Shown: positions 1 through 8,969, counted from the stretch's first letter. The stretch: DNA of 32,000 bases from Cupriavidus necator (GCF_016127575.1 NZ_CP066020.1:390001-422000), one strand, 5' to 3'. Numbers and translations: made by a program. Notes: generated by a model from the sequence alone, not told the origin.

Positions 1-399
1 ATTGATGGCCGTACCCTGGCTACGGACCCGGAACCACGCGAGACTGCCTTGCGTGCTCCCAAGCAGCGCGGCGCCGGCGCCTGACTTAACGCGGACGTAG
101 CCGTACACGTCGCGCCCGCCACCCGGGTTGGCTACGGCCATGCAGCCCGCACCAGTCGGCGCCGCCATCCCGGAGGGCAGCGCCGGGATCAGGCTGGCAC
201 CAACGAGGCCAGGCGTTGCGTCGGCGGTCGACACGCACGCCGCCCCATAGGCCTGGGCCTGCTGCGCGGTGACCGTTGCGACGGAGTCCATGCGTCCGGG
301 CACGCCGGCTCCCGGCGCTGCTTGTGATAGTTGCCAGCTCTGCGCCACGATGCCAAGGCTGAACAGGACCGCCGCGATCGGCAAGATGAGATAGCCCAT
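1..399 (-). CDS. Pilus-associated membrane-anchored protein, 5' part only (runs off the left edge); PilV/PilM-like candidate
   Basis: ATG at 399 (complement of cat 397-399), preceded by AGGAGGAG (complement of 403-410). The frame is open to base 1 (133 codons). The N-terminus MGYLILPIAAVLFSLGIVAQSW has a very short leader ending in Gly followed by a hydrophobic helix, like the two pilins just upstream. It lies immediately downstream of pilS in the pilus operon. Confidence 0.5.
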   Translation of the reverse strand, partial: MGYLILPIAAVLFSLGIVAQSWQLSQAAPGAGVPGRMDSVATVTAQQAQAYGAACVSTADATPGLVGASLIPALPSGMAAPTGAGCMAVANPGGGRDVYGYVRVKSGAGAALLGSTQGSLAWFRVRSQGTAIN

Positions 400-435
400 A
401 GTCTCCTCCTCAGATAGTGGCGATAGCGCCGGAGA

Positions 436-936
436 TCACTGGAAAGTGAGGGTGAAGGTGGCAGTCGCGCTGCACACGGCGCCAGCGGTCGCCTGATCCG
501 GCAGGTTCGCCTGAGTGAACGTGGTGGTTCCCACGGCCAGCGAGACGTAGTCCTTTAGGCCCATGGCCGTGCTGACACACTGCTTCGCAGTTTGGGCATT
601 GCCTCCGCCGAATCGGATCACGCCTTGTGAGCCGGCACTTGCGGCAGACAACGTCACCGCGTTGCCCCATGGATCCAAGAGCGTGGTGCCGCGCACCATG
701 TCGGACGGGAACATCCCGCCGGTGATCATTGCCGGAATGTTGGCAGTGGTGAAGTTGGTGTACCCGTTGCTCCCCTGAGAGAAGCCCGCGCGGGCGTTCG
801 TGATCAGCTGCGAGATGTTGGTGGCCACCACGCTTGCCTTGTGGTTCTGGAAGCCGTTATAGCCTGCATAGGCGATACCAGCGAGCGCGAGCAGGCCCAG
901 CACGATGGCAACGATCCGCCCGAGAATCCCATCCAT
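436..936 (-). CDS. pilS: Type IVb (PilS-family) pilin, tandem copy 2 (166 aa)
   Basis: Internal ATG at 936 of track ORF 436..1074. The N-terminus is MDGILGRIVAIVLGLLALAGIAYAGYNGFQNHK (hydrophobic helix), and a C-terminal Cys pair (KQCVST...AVCSAT) is typical of the pilin D-region. It has the same length as the copy at 1028-1528, with 21 substitutions over 166 residues by my manual alignment. Confidence 0.75.
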   Translation of the reverse strand: MDGILGRIVAIVLGLLALAGIAYAGYNGFQNHKASVVATNISQLITNARAGFSQGSNGYTNFTTANIPAMITGGMFPSDMVRGTTLLDPWGNAVTLSAASAGSQGVIRFGGGNAQTAKQCVSTAMGLKDYVSLAVGTTTFTQANLPDQATAGAVCSATATFTLTFQ

Positions 937-1027
937 GTCATTTCCCCAAACAATGCACGCCCTGATTTGCGACGCTTCACCATCGTGGACGCGATACCGC
1001 TGGTGGAGCGTAGTTTCCGATGCCTGG

Positions 1028-1528
1028 TTACTGAAACGTGAGTGTGAACGTCGAGGTGGCGCTGCATGCCGCACCTGCGGTGGCCTGGTCGGGCAGGTTG
1101 GTCTGATTGAAGGTCGTCGATCCGATCGCCAGCGTCACGTAGTCCTTGAGGCCAAGGGCGGTGCTGACACACTGTTTTGCCGTCTGCGCATTGCCGCCGC
1201 CGAAGGTGATCACCCCCTGCGATCCGCTATTGGCCGACGCGAGCGTGACCGCATTTCCCCAGGAGTCGATCAGCGTGGTACCGCGCACCATGTCGGACGG
1301 GAACATGCCGCTCGTGATCATCGATGCGACGTTTGCCGTAGTAAAGTTGGTATAGCCGTTGTTGCCCTGCGAGAACCCGGCGCGAGCGTTTGTGATCAGC
1401 TGCGCGATGTTGGTCGCCACCACACTGGCCTTGTGGTTCTGGAACCCGTTGTAGCCCGCATAGGCAATTCCAGCCAGTGCGAGAAGGCCCAAGACGATGG
1501 CGACAATGCGCCCGAGAATGCCATCCAT
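1028..1528 (-). CDS. pilS: Type IVb (PilS-family) pilin, tandem copy 1 (166 aa)
   Basis: ATG at 1528 with AGGAG (complement of 1535-1539) upstream. It has an N-terminal hydrophobic helix and a C-terminal Cys pair. It follows the GspF-like pilR gene, as pilS does in R64-type clusters. Confidence 0.8.
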   Translation of the reverse strand: MDGILGRIVAIVLGLLALAGIAYAGYNGFQNHKASVVATNIAQLITNARAGFSQGNNGYTNFTTANVASMITSGMFPSDMVRGTTLIDSWGNAVTLASANSGSQGVITFGGGNAQTAKQCVSTALGLKDYVTLAIGSTTFNQTNLPDQATAGAACSATSTFTLTFQ

Positions 1529-1564
1529 GTGAAGCTCCTAAATGTGTATGAATAACGGCGATTG

Positions 1565-2605
1565 TTAGAACTGGCCCGTCGAGGACGTGAGGATCGATGA
1601 GAGTGAGTTGGAGCCTAGCTGCAGCACCACGAAAGCAAGGAACATCAGGCCGGTGAAGATCGCCGACATCACCATCCCTTTGGCGAGCAACTGGCGTTCG
1701 ATGACTTCGGCGTTCTGACGCACTGCGACCGTGATCTTTTCGGTGAAGTCATCAAAGCCCGCATACGCGCCGACCTCGTCGATCAGGTCCAGCGACGGAA
1801 ACCCGTTCCCGGTCTGCCGCATGGATTCCGCCAGGTCCAGGCCATCGGCCAGTCCGAGGCGAATCGGTCTCAGACGAGAGGCCAGCCATGGCGATGCCGA
1901 GCCGATCTGTCCCTCCAGCGCGGCAATGTCCGGCACCTTGGCCCGCAACAGCGCCACAAACGACATCGCCCAGGTGAAGCCGGTGATTTCGCGGTACGCC
2001 GTGAACGGGAACACGTGCTGGTCGCAGAATCGCCGGCCCGGGCCGGTCCAGCGCGGCAGCGCCCACCAGCTCCAGACGGCATAGGCGCCGAGACTCCCGA
2101 AGATCACCGGTGCAGGCCATCCCACCGCCAACTGGCCCATCCAGTACATGGCATAGGCCCAGTCGGTCCACTTCCCGATCGGCAGGATGTCGAGAAACTG
2201 CGGCACGATGTAGCCACCGATCAGCAGCAGGACGACATACAGCGTGGCCAGATACACCGTTGGCGCAAAGAAGCTCGCCTGCAGCTTCCGGCGCAGCCGC
2301 GTCGTCAGCTCGCGCACATCCAGCACCAGCCGCATGGCGTCCGGCAGTTGCCCTGCCTTCTCGCCGGCGTCCAGCACGCTGCGTTCCAGATCGCTGAGAC
2401 TCGTGCCCATCGCCGCCATCAGCGCCTTGCCGTCGCGCACCTGGCGCCCGACCTCGTGCGCGGCCTCGGCTGCGCGCTTGCGGCCTCGCCTGTCCTGCCG
2501 CTCCCGGAAGTCCTCAATGACTTGCGCGAGGGTCAGCCCGTTCTCCAATTGGCTCGATGCCTGTTGATACAGGCGCCGGCGCATGGCCCAAGACAATCCG
2601 CTCAT
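1565..2605 (-). CDS. pilR: Type IV pilus inner-membrane platform protein (GspF/PilC family; R64 PilR-like)
   Basis: 346-aa polytopic membrane protein with GspF-like soluble segments (ERSVLDAGEKAGQLPDAM...). Its ATG at 2605 overlaps the pilQ stop (ATGA). It lies between the ATPase and the pilin genes. Confidence 0.8.
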   Translation of the reverse strand: MSGLSWAMRRRLYQQASSQLENGLTLAQVIEDFRERQDRRGRKRAAEAAHEVGRQVRDGKALMAAMGTSLSDLERSVLDAGEKAGQLPDAMRLVLDVRELTTRLRRKLQASFFAPTVYLATLYVVLLLIGGYIVPQFLDILPIGKWTDWAYAMYWMGQLAVGWPAPVIFGSLGAYAVWSWWALPRWTGPGRRFCDQHVFPFTAYREITGFTWAMSFVALLRAKVPDIAALEGQIGSASPWLASRLRPIRLGLADGLDLAESMRQTGNGFPSLDLIDEVGAYAGFDDFTEKITVAVRQNAEVIERQLLAKGMVMSAIFTGLMFLAFVVLQLGSNSLSSILTSSTGQF

Positions 2606-4404
2606 AGGTGCTCCCGCATCGGAATCGCGTCAACGCTTCCCTCAGCGTCGACCGGGCACAGACGACCGGCCAGCACGAGATCCATCGCGTGCGCAATCAT
2701 GGGCTTGTCCGATCCCTCCCGGCGCCGATGATTGCGCCGCGCGGCCAAGACACCGTCGTCGATGAAGTCCTGCATCAGTTGCTCGCTGGTGACGACCACC
2801 TCGGCAACCGCCTGTTGACCAATGATGGCTTGGCCGTGGCAGTGATCGCATCCGCTCCCGCGAACGCGCACCTCAGACAGATCCCCCCACGAGCGCATCG
2901 CATTGAGCATGTAGTCCGGCAGCGGCTCAGACGCCTTGTCGAGGGTGACCGAGCATTTCGGGCAGAGCAGCGGCACAATCCGCTGTGCAATCAGGCCGAT
3001 GATCTGGGTGTGATTGGCGATCACGTCCATAGCCAGACGAACGTGGTCCAGCATCACCAGTCGGGAGAATGTCTCGAACGGGTCGGTCACGTGCAGCGTC
3101 GTGAGTACCTGGTGCCCGGTCGCCGCCGCCTGCAGCGTCGCGATCGCCTCCTCGACGCCACGGATTTCGCCCAGAAGCACCGCATCCGGGTCCATCCGCA
3201 GCGTCATGCGCAGCATCTCCGGGAACCGTTCGCTTTCCGTCGTGAGCTGGATCGCCCAATCCATCGGATACTCGGTCGGGTTCTCGATCGTGATGAGCCG
3301 CTTTTGAGGGAAGAGGCGCGCCTGGTGCCGCGTGCACTCAAAGAGAGTCGTGGTCTTGCCGCTCCCGGTCGGGCCGGTCACGACGATCACGCCCATGGGG
3401 CGGCGCAGCAGCTGCGAGATGAGTTCCACCTGCAGCGGCGTGTAGCCCATCTGGCCGAGCTTGAATTCGCCGCCCGGCACCTTCGGCGTGCGAAGGTCCA
3501 GCCGCTTAGCCGCATCGATGGCATCCGCCTTCAGTGCGCCTTCGTGGTGCTCCCGGTATTGCAGCCGCGCAACAAGGAAGCCGCCGCCGCTCTCCACCGG
3601 GTAGGCCGGTCCGCGCACGATCCGAACACTCGACAGCCCCGTGCCCGGCAGCGCGTCGCCCGCGATCTGGGCGTCCTGCACGTCCAGTGGGTTGTAGGTG
3701 GCCGCCTTCACCGTGGCGAGACCGGTGTATATGGCACGGATCAGGCGTTCGCCCTCCTCGCGGCGCATTGACTGGGCGGAAACTGTCCGTAGATCGCCCT
3801 TGATTCGTACCTGGATCTCGGTATGGTCCTCGCGCACCAGGATGTGAATGTCCGAGGCAACCAGAATGGCGCAATCCGCGATCAGCCGGCGCGCGAGGGT
3901 CAGGGTCTGCAGGTCGGTGTCCTGCTGCTGGCCGGCGCCGCGCTGCTGACGCAGCACGGCAAGCTCCTGCGCGGACACCTTGCGCACTTGCGGAGCCGCA
4001 CCGCTGCGCCGCACCTTGGCTTCCCAGGTCAGAAGCCGCGGCGTGCCGAAATGCCTGGCATCCACGTAGATGTCGCAGCCGTGCACCGCCAGCACTTGCT
4101 GCACGTTGTCATCGGTCAGGCCCAGCTCCCTGGCGACATCCTCCACGTGCAGCCCGCTTTCCGCGACGCGTTGACGAAGCGCCGCCGCTTGGTCAGCCGT
4201 CAGATGGTCGAGGTTGCAGGCAACACGGTCGAAGGTGGCCGGCAGGTTGCGGGGATAGAGGATATGAGGCTCAAGCACCTCCGGAGGCTTCGGCAACGCG
4301 AGCGCATCGGACTTCACCGACGGCTCGGCCCGGGTTGCAAATGCGGTGCCTCGTGCCGACTTACTGCGTGGACTGCGCCACAGACGAGAGATCGTCGCGA
4401 TCAT
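2602..4404 (-). CDS. pilQ: Type IV pilus assembly ATPase (GspE/PulE family; R64 PilQ-like)
   Basis: Motifs: Walker A VVTGPTGSGKTT, DPDAVLLGEIRG, His box LTTLH, and a tetracysteine CPKC...CDHC. I place the start at ATG 4404 (MIATISR...), which overlaps the upstream gene's stop as ATGA. The track ORF extends to 4596, but that would overlap pilO by 196 nt. Confidence 0.9.
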   Translation of the reverse strand: MIATISRLWRSPRSKSARGTAFATRAEPSVKSDALALPKPPEVLEPHILYPRNLPATFDRVACNLDHLTADQAAALRQRVAESGLHVEDVARELGLTDDNVQQVLAVHGCDIYVDARHFGTPRLLTWEAKVRRSGAAPQVRKVSAQELAVLRQQRGAGQQQDTDLQTLTLARRLIADCAILVASDIHILVREDHTEIQVRIKGDLRTVSAQSMRREEGERLIRAIYTGLATVKAATYNPLDVQDAQIAGDALPGTGLSSVRIVRGPAYPVESGGGFLVARLQYREHHEGALKADAIDAAKRLDLRTPKVPGGEFKLGQMGYTPLQVELISQLLRRPMGVIVVTGPTGSGKTTTLFECTRHQARLFPQKRLITIENPTEYPMDWAIQLTTESERFPEMLRMTLRMDPDAVLLGEIRGVEEAIATLQAAATGHQVLTTLHVTDPFETFSRLVMLDHVRLAMDVIANHTQIIGLIAQRIVPLLCPKCSVTLDKASEPLPDYMLNAMRSWGDLSEVRVRGSGCDHCHGQAIIGQQAVAEVVVTSEQLMQDFIDDGVLAARRNHRRREGSDKPMIAHAMDLVLAGRLCPVDAEGSVDAIPMREHL

Positions 4405-5648
4405 TGTTGTTGACTCCCAGCAGGCGGCACTGCGCCATCCCGCATTGCATATAGCCTTCCGGTTCCTTTCCATGCCTGGGCGGCCCCGTCGTAGCTGACT
4501 TCCGTCAGTCGCAGACCCGCCACCGCGTCCAACCCCTCGCCCAAGCCCAACCACGGCGGTGCACCGAAGCCAAAGTCCGCCGTCATTGCGAGCCACGGAT
4601 CAACCGGCGTGTTGCCATCGGCCGGAAGCAGAGGCGGCGGCGAGGTCAGCTGCAAGCCCACGCCGGTACCCTGTGCATACGTCCACATCGAACGCTGCGC
4701 TTCGGCAGGCCGATTCACCGCGCGCGACGAAGGCAGGAAAGCCGCCGGCGCATTTCCGGTCGCCGTCGCTTGATTTCCGTCGGCGGAAAGCGCGCCCGGC
4801 GCGTTGGCTGCCAAACCGCCCTCCCGCTTCCAGGTAATTTCGATCGTCAGGGCCGTCGACGTGGCCGGCTTGCAGCGCCAGCTGGAGAGCGTCCAGCCCG
4901 CGTCCGCGAGGGCCTGGCGGTCCCACGCGCGGCGGCACGCCTGCAGGAAGGCGGTCGGCGTAGCTTCATCAACCCAAGGTACCGCCCGTTGCCGAGCAGC
5001 CTCATTGGCACGCTGCGCTGCAGCGATCGCGCGCTGGCGCATCAATTGCGCCTCGCGCTCAGCTTCCTGCTGCTGGTCGTACCAGTACCACCCGCCCACG
5101 AAAAGGGCCGCCACGCCAGCCGCCGCAGCGACGGTATAGGAAGTCGACTTCCAAGGGCCGGTCAGGACGTCTCGCATAGCTGACACGCCCTTCGACGCCC
5201 GCGCCATGTTCGCGAGATCCCGAACCGTTCCCTCAACCTCCGTCCATTCGCCCAGGGCACGATGCCGCTCGCGGACCGGTGCCAGTTCCTCGAGCGTGCC
5301 AACCCGGTCGCCACCGGCGATGACGGCGTGCCCCTGACGGACGGCGATGTACCAGTAGAGGCTGCCCTGCAGATGAAAGAGCCCCCTCCAAGGCTGGCGG
5401 TGCTGGCCCGCCACGATCGCCGCGAGCGGCTTCAGCCCGGCCGGCTTCGCGCCGGCGATCGCTTCGCAGAAACCGGTCTGGATGGCGCCTTCCGCGCTTT
5501 CATGCACGACGCCCCAGCGCACATTGCGGCCAAGTTCCAGCGCCCTCGCGCGCAGGACGCTTTTGCTCGGCTGCTTTTCCTCGTGATGCCAGGTCAGCCC
5601 GATGGCAAAGCCACCTTTCAGTCCGGGGAATGACAGGATCTCCGCCAT
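4401..5648 (-). CDS. pilO: Pilin accessory protein, PilO (R64/PilO2) family candidate
   Basis: 415 aa with a central TM segment (YTVAAAAGVAALFVGGWYWY) followed by a coiled Q/A/R-rich stretch. Its size, and its position directly upstream of the ATPase, match R64/ICE-type PilO. The family call is from recollection only. Confidence 0.55.
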   Translation of the reverse strand: MAEILSFPGLKGGFAIGLTWHHEEKQPSKSVLRARALELGRNVRWGVVHESAEGAIQTGFCEAIAGAKPAGLKPLAAIVAGQHRQPWRGLFHLQGSLYWYIAVRQGHAVIAGGDRVGTLEELAPVRERHRALGEWTEVEGTVRDLANMARASKGVSAMRDVLTGPWKSTSYTVAAAAGVAALFVGGWYWYDQQQEAEREAQLMRQRAIAAAQRANEAARQRAVPWVDEATPTAFLQACRRAWDRQALADAGWTLSSWRCKPATSTALTIEITWKREGGLAANAPGALSADGNQATATGNAPAAFLPSSRAVNRPAEAQRSMWTYAQGTGVGLQLTSPPPLLPADGNTPVDPWLAMTADFGFGAPPWLGLGEGLDAVAGLRLTEVSYDGAAQAWKGTGRLYAMRDGAVPPAGSQQQ

Positions 5649-5651
5649 CGC

Positions 5652-6317
5652 TCACGGCCTCAGCGTGCGCACGCGCTTGCCGTTGGCAAGCTTTACCCCG
5701 CCGTCGTCGATGCTCACGACCTTCCAGCCACCGTCCAGCGAGTCGCCAGCCTGGACCGGCACCGTGCGGCCGCTGACATCCACTACGGCGTTGTAGTGAC
5801 CATCGAATGCGCGCAACGACACCAGCCGGGGCGCTTCCGGCGCGAGCCGCGGTGCTCGCTCTGCGACGCCGCCCGTCGGCATTGGGCCGCCCAGCGAAAC
5901 CGACGGCACGCCCGCTCCCGGCGGCGCCCCAGCAGGAGCTGCCACCATGGAATCCTCGGCACGCTTCACTTCCGCCTTGAACTTGGCGATCTCGGCGCGT
6001 GCCTTCCACAAGGCCAGTTGGGACTGCAACGCAGCGAGTTCGGGCGCGTCAGTGGTGCGCGACGGTTGTGCCGTCTCCGCGGCAGCCGCTGTGGGTGTCC
6101 CATTGGCCGCCGCTGGGCTACCAGCCACCGGCTGCGCCGCCGAGCCGGTCCCCGCTTGCGACGTCACTGAGCCGCCCCCCGCCGATGCGATCGCCGCTGC
6201 AACAGGGTTCGACATCGTCGACGCCCCATGGGCAGGGACGGTCACCGAGAGGCCGATGGTAGCGGCAATGGCCAGCGCGGCCGGGGTCCAACGAAGATTG
6301 AATGAGCGATTCTGCAT
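5652..6317 (-). CDS. pilP: PilP-like pilus biogenesis protein (signal peptide, A/P/G-rich linker, C-terminal beta domain)
   Basis: ATG at 6317. The signal-like N-terminus is AALAIAATIGLSVTVPAHG, and the C-terminus is LVSLRAFDGHYNAVVDVSGRTVPVQAGDSLDGGWKVVSIDDGGVKLANGK, which is PilP-like. It sits between the secretin and PilO. The O/P order is swapped relative to R64. Confidence 0.5.
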   Translation of the reverse strand: MQNRSFNLRWTPAALAIAATIGLSVTVPAHGASTMSNPVAAAIASAGGGSVTSQAGTGSAAQPVAGSPAAANGTPTAAAAETAQPSRTTDAPELAALQSQLALWKARAEIAKFKAEVKRAEDSMVAAPAGAPPGAGVPSVSLGGPMPTGGVAERAPRLAPEAPRLVSLRAFDGHYNAVVDVSGRTVPVQAGDSLDGGWKVVSIDDGGVKLANGKRVRTLRP

Positions 6318-6332
6318 GGAATGGTCTCTCTG

Positions 6333-8003
6333 TTACAGCAAGCGGGCCGAGATCATGATGGCGATGACCGTGTCTCCCTTGAGGGCACCAACCCCGCCGC
6401 CGAGCGCAGCCATCCACGGCTCACCCACGCCGTTGTTGGTCGTGGAGGCCTTCTGGTTGCGCAGGCCGGTGAGTACCAGCGATTCGCCGGGCTTCAGGGT
6501 GATCGACTGCGTGAACCGGTTGGTCGGCATGGTGCGCAGCTGCACGCTGGTCTGGTTCGCATCGCCGCCCGAGTTGAATCGCTGCAGTGGCAGCAGGTCC
6601 GACAGCGTCATGTCGAAATTCATCAGGATGCGGCCATCGACAACCTTCGGCAGGAAGTTGCTGGTGAAGCCGTAGGTCACCGTTCCGGTCTGTATGGAAC
6701 TGGTGGAACCCACGTTGGCAGCCAGCGTTGTTTGCGACTGCGCGACATAGTCCTGCAGCGTGGCGGTCTGCAGAGCCAGCACCTTGCCGTTCTGCGTCAC
6801 GCCCGAGCGCGATACCACCTGTGACACATTGCCGAGCGTCGAAAGCGCTTGCACCACGGCCTTGCTGCCGGCGAAAGGACCACTCATGATCGTCGCGCCA
6901 AGATTCATGGCGGTGGCGCTCCCTGAAATCGTGGGCGTGCTGACGGAACTGAACGAGACGTCGGGCTTACCGCTAGAGCTTTGATAGGCAAGCGACAGGT
7001 TCAGGCCAAAATTGTCCTCGCGCGTGACGCGCACCTCGTAGACCTGTACGTCGATGGCGACCTGCTTGCCATACATCGCCACGAGGCTCTTGACGAACTG
7101 CTCAATGCGGTCGCACTGCACGGGGTCGCCGGTGACCGTCAGGGTGCCGAGATTCTTGTCCACCACGACGTCGGCGCTCGCGCCAGCGACTGCCTTAGCG
7201 GTCGCCTGCAGCGTCTCCCAGGGCTTCATCTCGGTCGACATCGTCATGGACTGACCGCTTCTTCCCGCCCCGCTTCCACCAGACCCGCCATTGCCTCCGG
7301 CGCCGGCCGTGCCGCCGGAACTGCTGTCCGACGTCGTGATCGAGCCATTCATGGAGGACGAATCCGCGAGGCTCGGCAGCATGAAGGTCCGGGTTTCCGT
7401 CCTGAAAAACGAGACCGTGCCGTCGTTGTAACGAGACCAGACCCCAAAGTGCGCCTCGACGGCATCCAGGAAGCCCTTGAAGCTGCCTTCGTACCTAAGG
7501 GTCAAGGGCACAGACAGCGCCATGCCAGCACCCTGGCCCGACGCAGACGTGCCGGCCAGCGAGGTGGCCAGGTCCACGCGGGGCGTGCCACCCATCGGGA
7601 TAGGACCAGTCGGCCGCGCAGCGCCGGCCGGCTGGGTCGGCGCGGTGCCAGACACAGAGGTTGCGACGGCGGATGCGTCTACAGTCGCACGCACGCCGAT
7701 ACTCTGTGCGATCCAGCTCGCGGCTTCGGTCAACGAGCCCAGCGTGCCCCTGAACACCACATGCTTGTTGTAGATGTCCGGCTGCGGCTTGCTGGCTCGG
7801 ATCTTCTCTCCCATCAGCCAGGCGCCTTCATGCACCCGGAACACCGGGCGGCTGCGTGGTGCATCGGCGTAAGCCGCGTGCGCGTCGCTGCCGATGGTGT
7901 CCTGCAAGTTGCGCGTCTCCATCACACCGCAGCCGGACAGCAGTGTTGCAGCCGCAACGATAGCCGCCGTGTAGCGCGCCGTATTCCTCATCATTTGCAT
8001 CAT
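6333..8003 (-). CDS. pilN: Type IVb pilus secretin lipoprotein (R64 PilN-like)
   Basis: Lipobox LLSGC at the N-terminus, an internal G/S-rich linker (SSGGTAGAGGNGGSGGSGAG), and a large C-terminal beta-rich domain. Alternative starts (GTG 8006, ATG 8003/8000/7994/7991) overlap the upstream stop. Its size (about 555 aa) and position fit PilN. Confidence 0.75.
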   Translation of the reverse strand: MMQMMRNTARYTAAIVAAATLLSGCGVMETRNLQDTIGSDAHAAYADAPRSRPVFRVHEGAWLMGEKIRASKPQPDIYNKHVVFRGTLGSLTEAASWIAQSIGVRATVDASAVATSVSGTAPTQPAGAARPTGPIPMGGTPRVDLATSLAGTSASGQGAGMALSVPLTLRYEGSFKGFLDAVEAHFGVWSRYNDGTVSFFRTETRTFMLPSLADSSSMNGSITTSDSSSGGTAGAGGNGGSGGSGAGRSGQSMTMSTEMKPWETLQATAKAVAGASADVVVDKNLGTLTVTGDPVQCDRIEQFVKSLVAMYGKQVAIDVQVYEVRVTREDNFGLNLSLAYQSSSGKPDVSFSSVSTPTISGSATAMNLGATIMSGPFAGSKAVVQALSTLGNVSQVVSRSGVTQNGKVLALQTATLQDYVAQSQTTLAANVGSTSSIQTGTVTYGFTSNFLPKVVDGRILMNFDMTLSDLLPLQRFNSGGDANQTSVQLRTMPTNRFTQSITLKPGESLVLTGLRNQKASTTNNGVGEPWMAALGGGVGALKGDTVIAIMISARLL

Positions 8004-8506
8004 CACTGAACCATCCCGTTTTGGCTGATAATCACCGTGCGATTGCCGCGCCAGCTATCGCCCACCACGTCCGCACCGTTGTTGGCCAGCTCTTCGACCA
8101 CGCGCTTGACGGCGCTTTCGAAGTCACTGCCGTAGTCCTTGTCGCCGGGCACAATCCAGCCGTCCGGGACATTCCATGCGACGGTCCAACCGGCCCGATT
8201 CGCCCAGTTCTGTAGCTGCTGTTGCAGCGCCTCCCCTTTGACAAGCCGGAACGCCGCACCGACCGTTGGCGCGGCACCCGGCCCTGCCGGCGTGCTCGCC
8301 TTGTTAGGTGCCGCGGCGACCACGGAGGGCGTATTCGCGGCCAGCATGGTCGGGTTGACGGCAGCCTTGGGGGCACGAAGCGGCTGCAGGTGTTGCCAGC
8401 CGTCGTTCGAGAGTTGCGAGGCGTGCACCGCTGGCACAAGGATCAGGCCGCTCAGCAACGATGCTGCGGCGACAGCAATGCGGGTGGTTCGGTTGGATTG
8501 GCACAT
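8003..8506 (-). CDS. TcpQ/PilL-family periplasmic protein (secretin-associated)
   Basis: I use the internal ATG at 8506 (MCQSNRTTRIAVAAASLLSGLILVPAVHA, a signal peptide), because the longer track ORF would overlap the upstream transglycosylase gene. The C-terminus LQNWANRAGWTVAWNVPDGWIVPGDKDYGSDFESAVKRVVEEL...NRTVIISQ resembles the TcpQ/PilL C-terminal domain. Confidence 0.6.
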   Translation of the reverse strand: MCQSNRTTRIAVAAASLLSGLILVPAVHASQLSNDGWQHLQPLRAPKAAVNPTMLAANTPSVVAAAPNKASTPAGPGAAPTVGAAFRLVKGEALQQQLQNWANRAGWTVAWNVPDGWIVPGDKDYGSDFESAVKRVVEELANNGADVVGDSWRGNRTVIISQNGMVQ

Positions 8507-8534
8507 AGCTATGCGTTCGATTGAGGTGAAGGAA

Positions 8535-8969
8535 CTACCGCAAGGCGGCGCGCTGCAGCGCCTGCCACCGCGCATGAATCTGGTTGGCGTAGCGCAACTG
8601 CTTGTCGGGTGAGGAGGCGTTGTAGGCCCCGACCGCTTTCCACGTCGGCCCGAAGCGCTGGATGTTCTCGCGCAGAATCCACGCGCCGACGTAGGCGTTG
8701 ATGCATCCATCAAACAGGTGGGCGCGCGTGATGCCGTACCGGCTCAGCCGCGGCAGGTGGATCGAATTGATCTGCATGAGCCCGATATCCTCCGACCCGT
8801 TCGCGTTTCGACTCGTCACCCACGGCCGCATGGTGGACTCCTGCATCGCGATACTCCGCAGCAGAGATGGGCTGACGCCGTGAAACACCGCGGCATCGTC
8901 CAGGCAGTCGGCATGGGCGACGCCGGTCAGCAAGACCGTGCAGACGACCGCGATCGCGCCTATCCTCAC
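8535..8969 (-). CDS. Lytic transglycosylase (SLT domain; equivalent of R64 PilT / IagB-type)
   Basis: GTG start at 8969 overlaps the upstream stop (GTGA). Signal peptide MRIGAIAVVCTVLLTGVAHA. SLT motifs: AMQES (catalytic Glu), GLMQIN and GAYN. Confidence 0.85.
   Translation of the reverse strand: MRIGAIAVVCTVLLTGVAHADCLDDAAVFHGVSPSLLRSIAMQESTMRPWVTSRNANGSEDIGLMQINSIHLPRLSRYGITRAHLFDGCINAYVGAWILRENIQRFGPTWKAVGAYNASSPDKQLRYANQIHARWQALQRAALR

Noticed and set aside
1-399. Looked for shufflon-type (sfx) repeats or invertible segments associated with the PilV-like gene, as in R64
   Set aside because: Only 399 nt of this gene are in the window, and no repeated 19-bp elements or recombinase gene are visible. 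This cannot be assessed here.
2608-3771. 387-aa plus-strand ORF. The plus-strand ORFs at 6981..8009 (342 aa) and 10595..11851 (418 aa), and the minus-strand ORF at 21760..22698 (312 aa), are of the same kind.
   Set aside because: All are antisense shadows of strongly supported genes (pilQ, pilN, virB10/virB1 and traD). They are Arg/His/Pro-rich with no motifs and no plausible operon context.
4405-4596. N-terminal extensions offered by the ORF track for pilQ (to 4596), the TcpQ-like gene (to 8713), the 422-aa gene (to 10435), pilS copy 2 (to 1074), virB2 (from 15269) and the helicase (from 25866)
   Set aside because: The extensions overlap the upstream gene by 100-200 nt and encode Arg/Gly/Pro-rich junk, or use TTG starts. 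In each case an internal ATG gives a proper signal peptide or N-terminus, together with an ATGA/GTGA-type coupling or a Shine-Dalgarno site.
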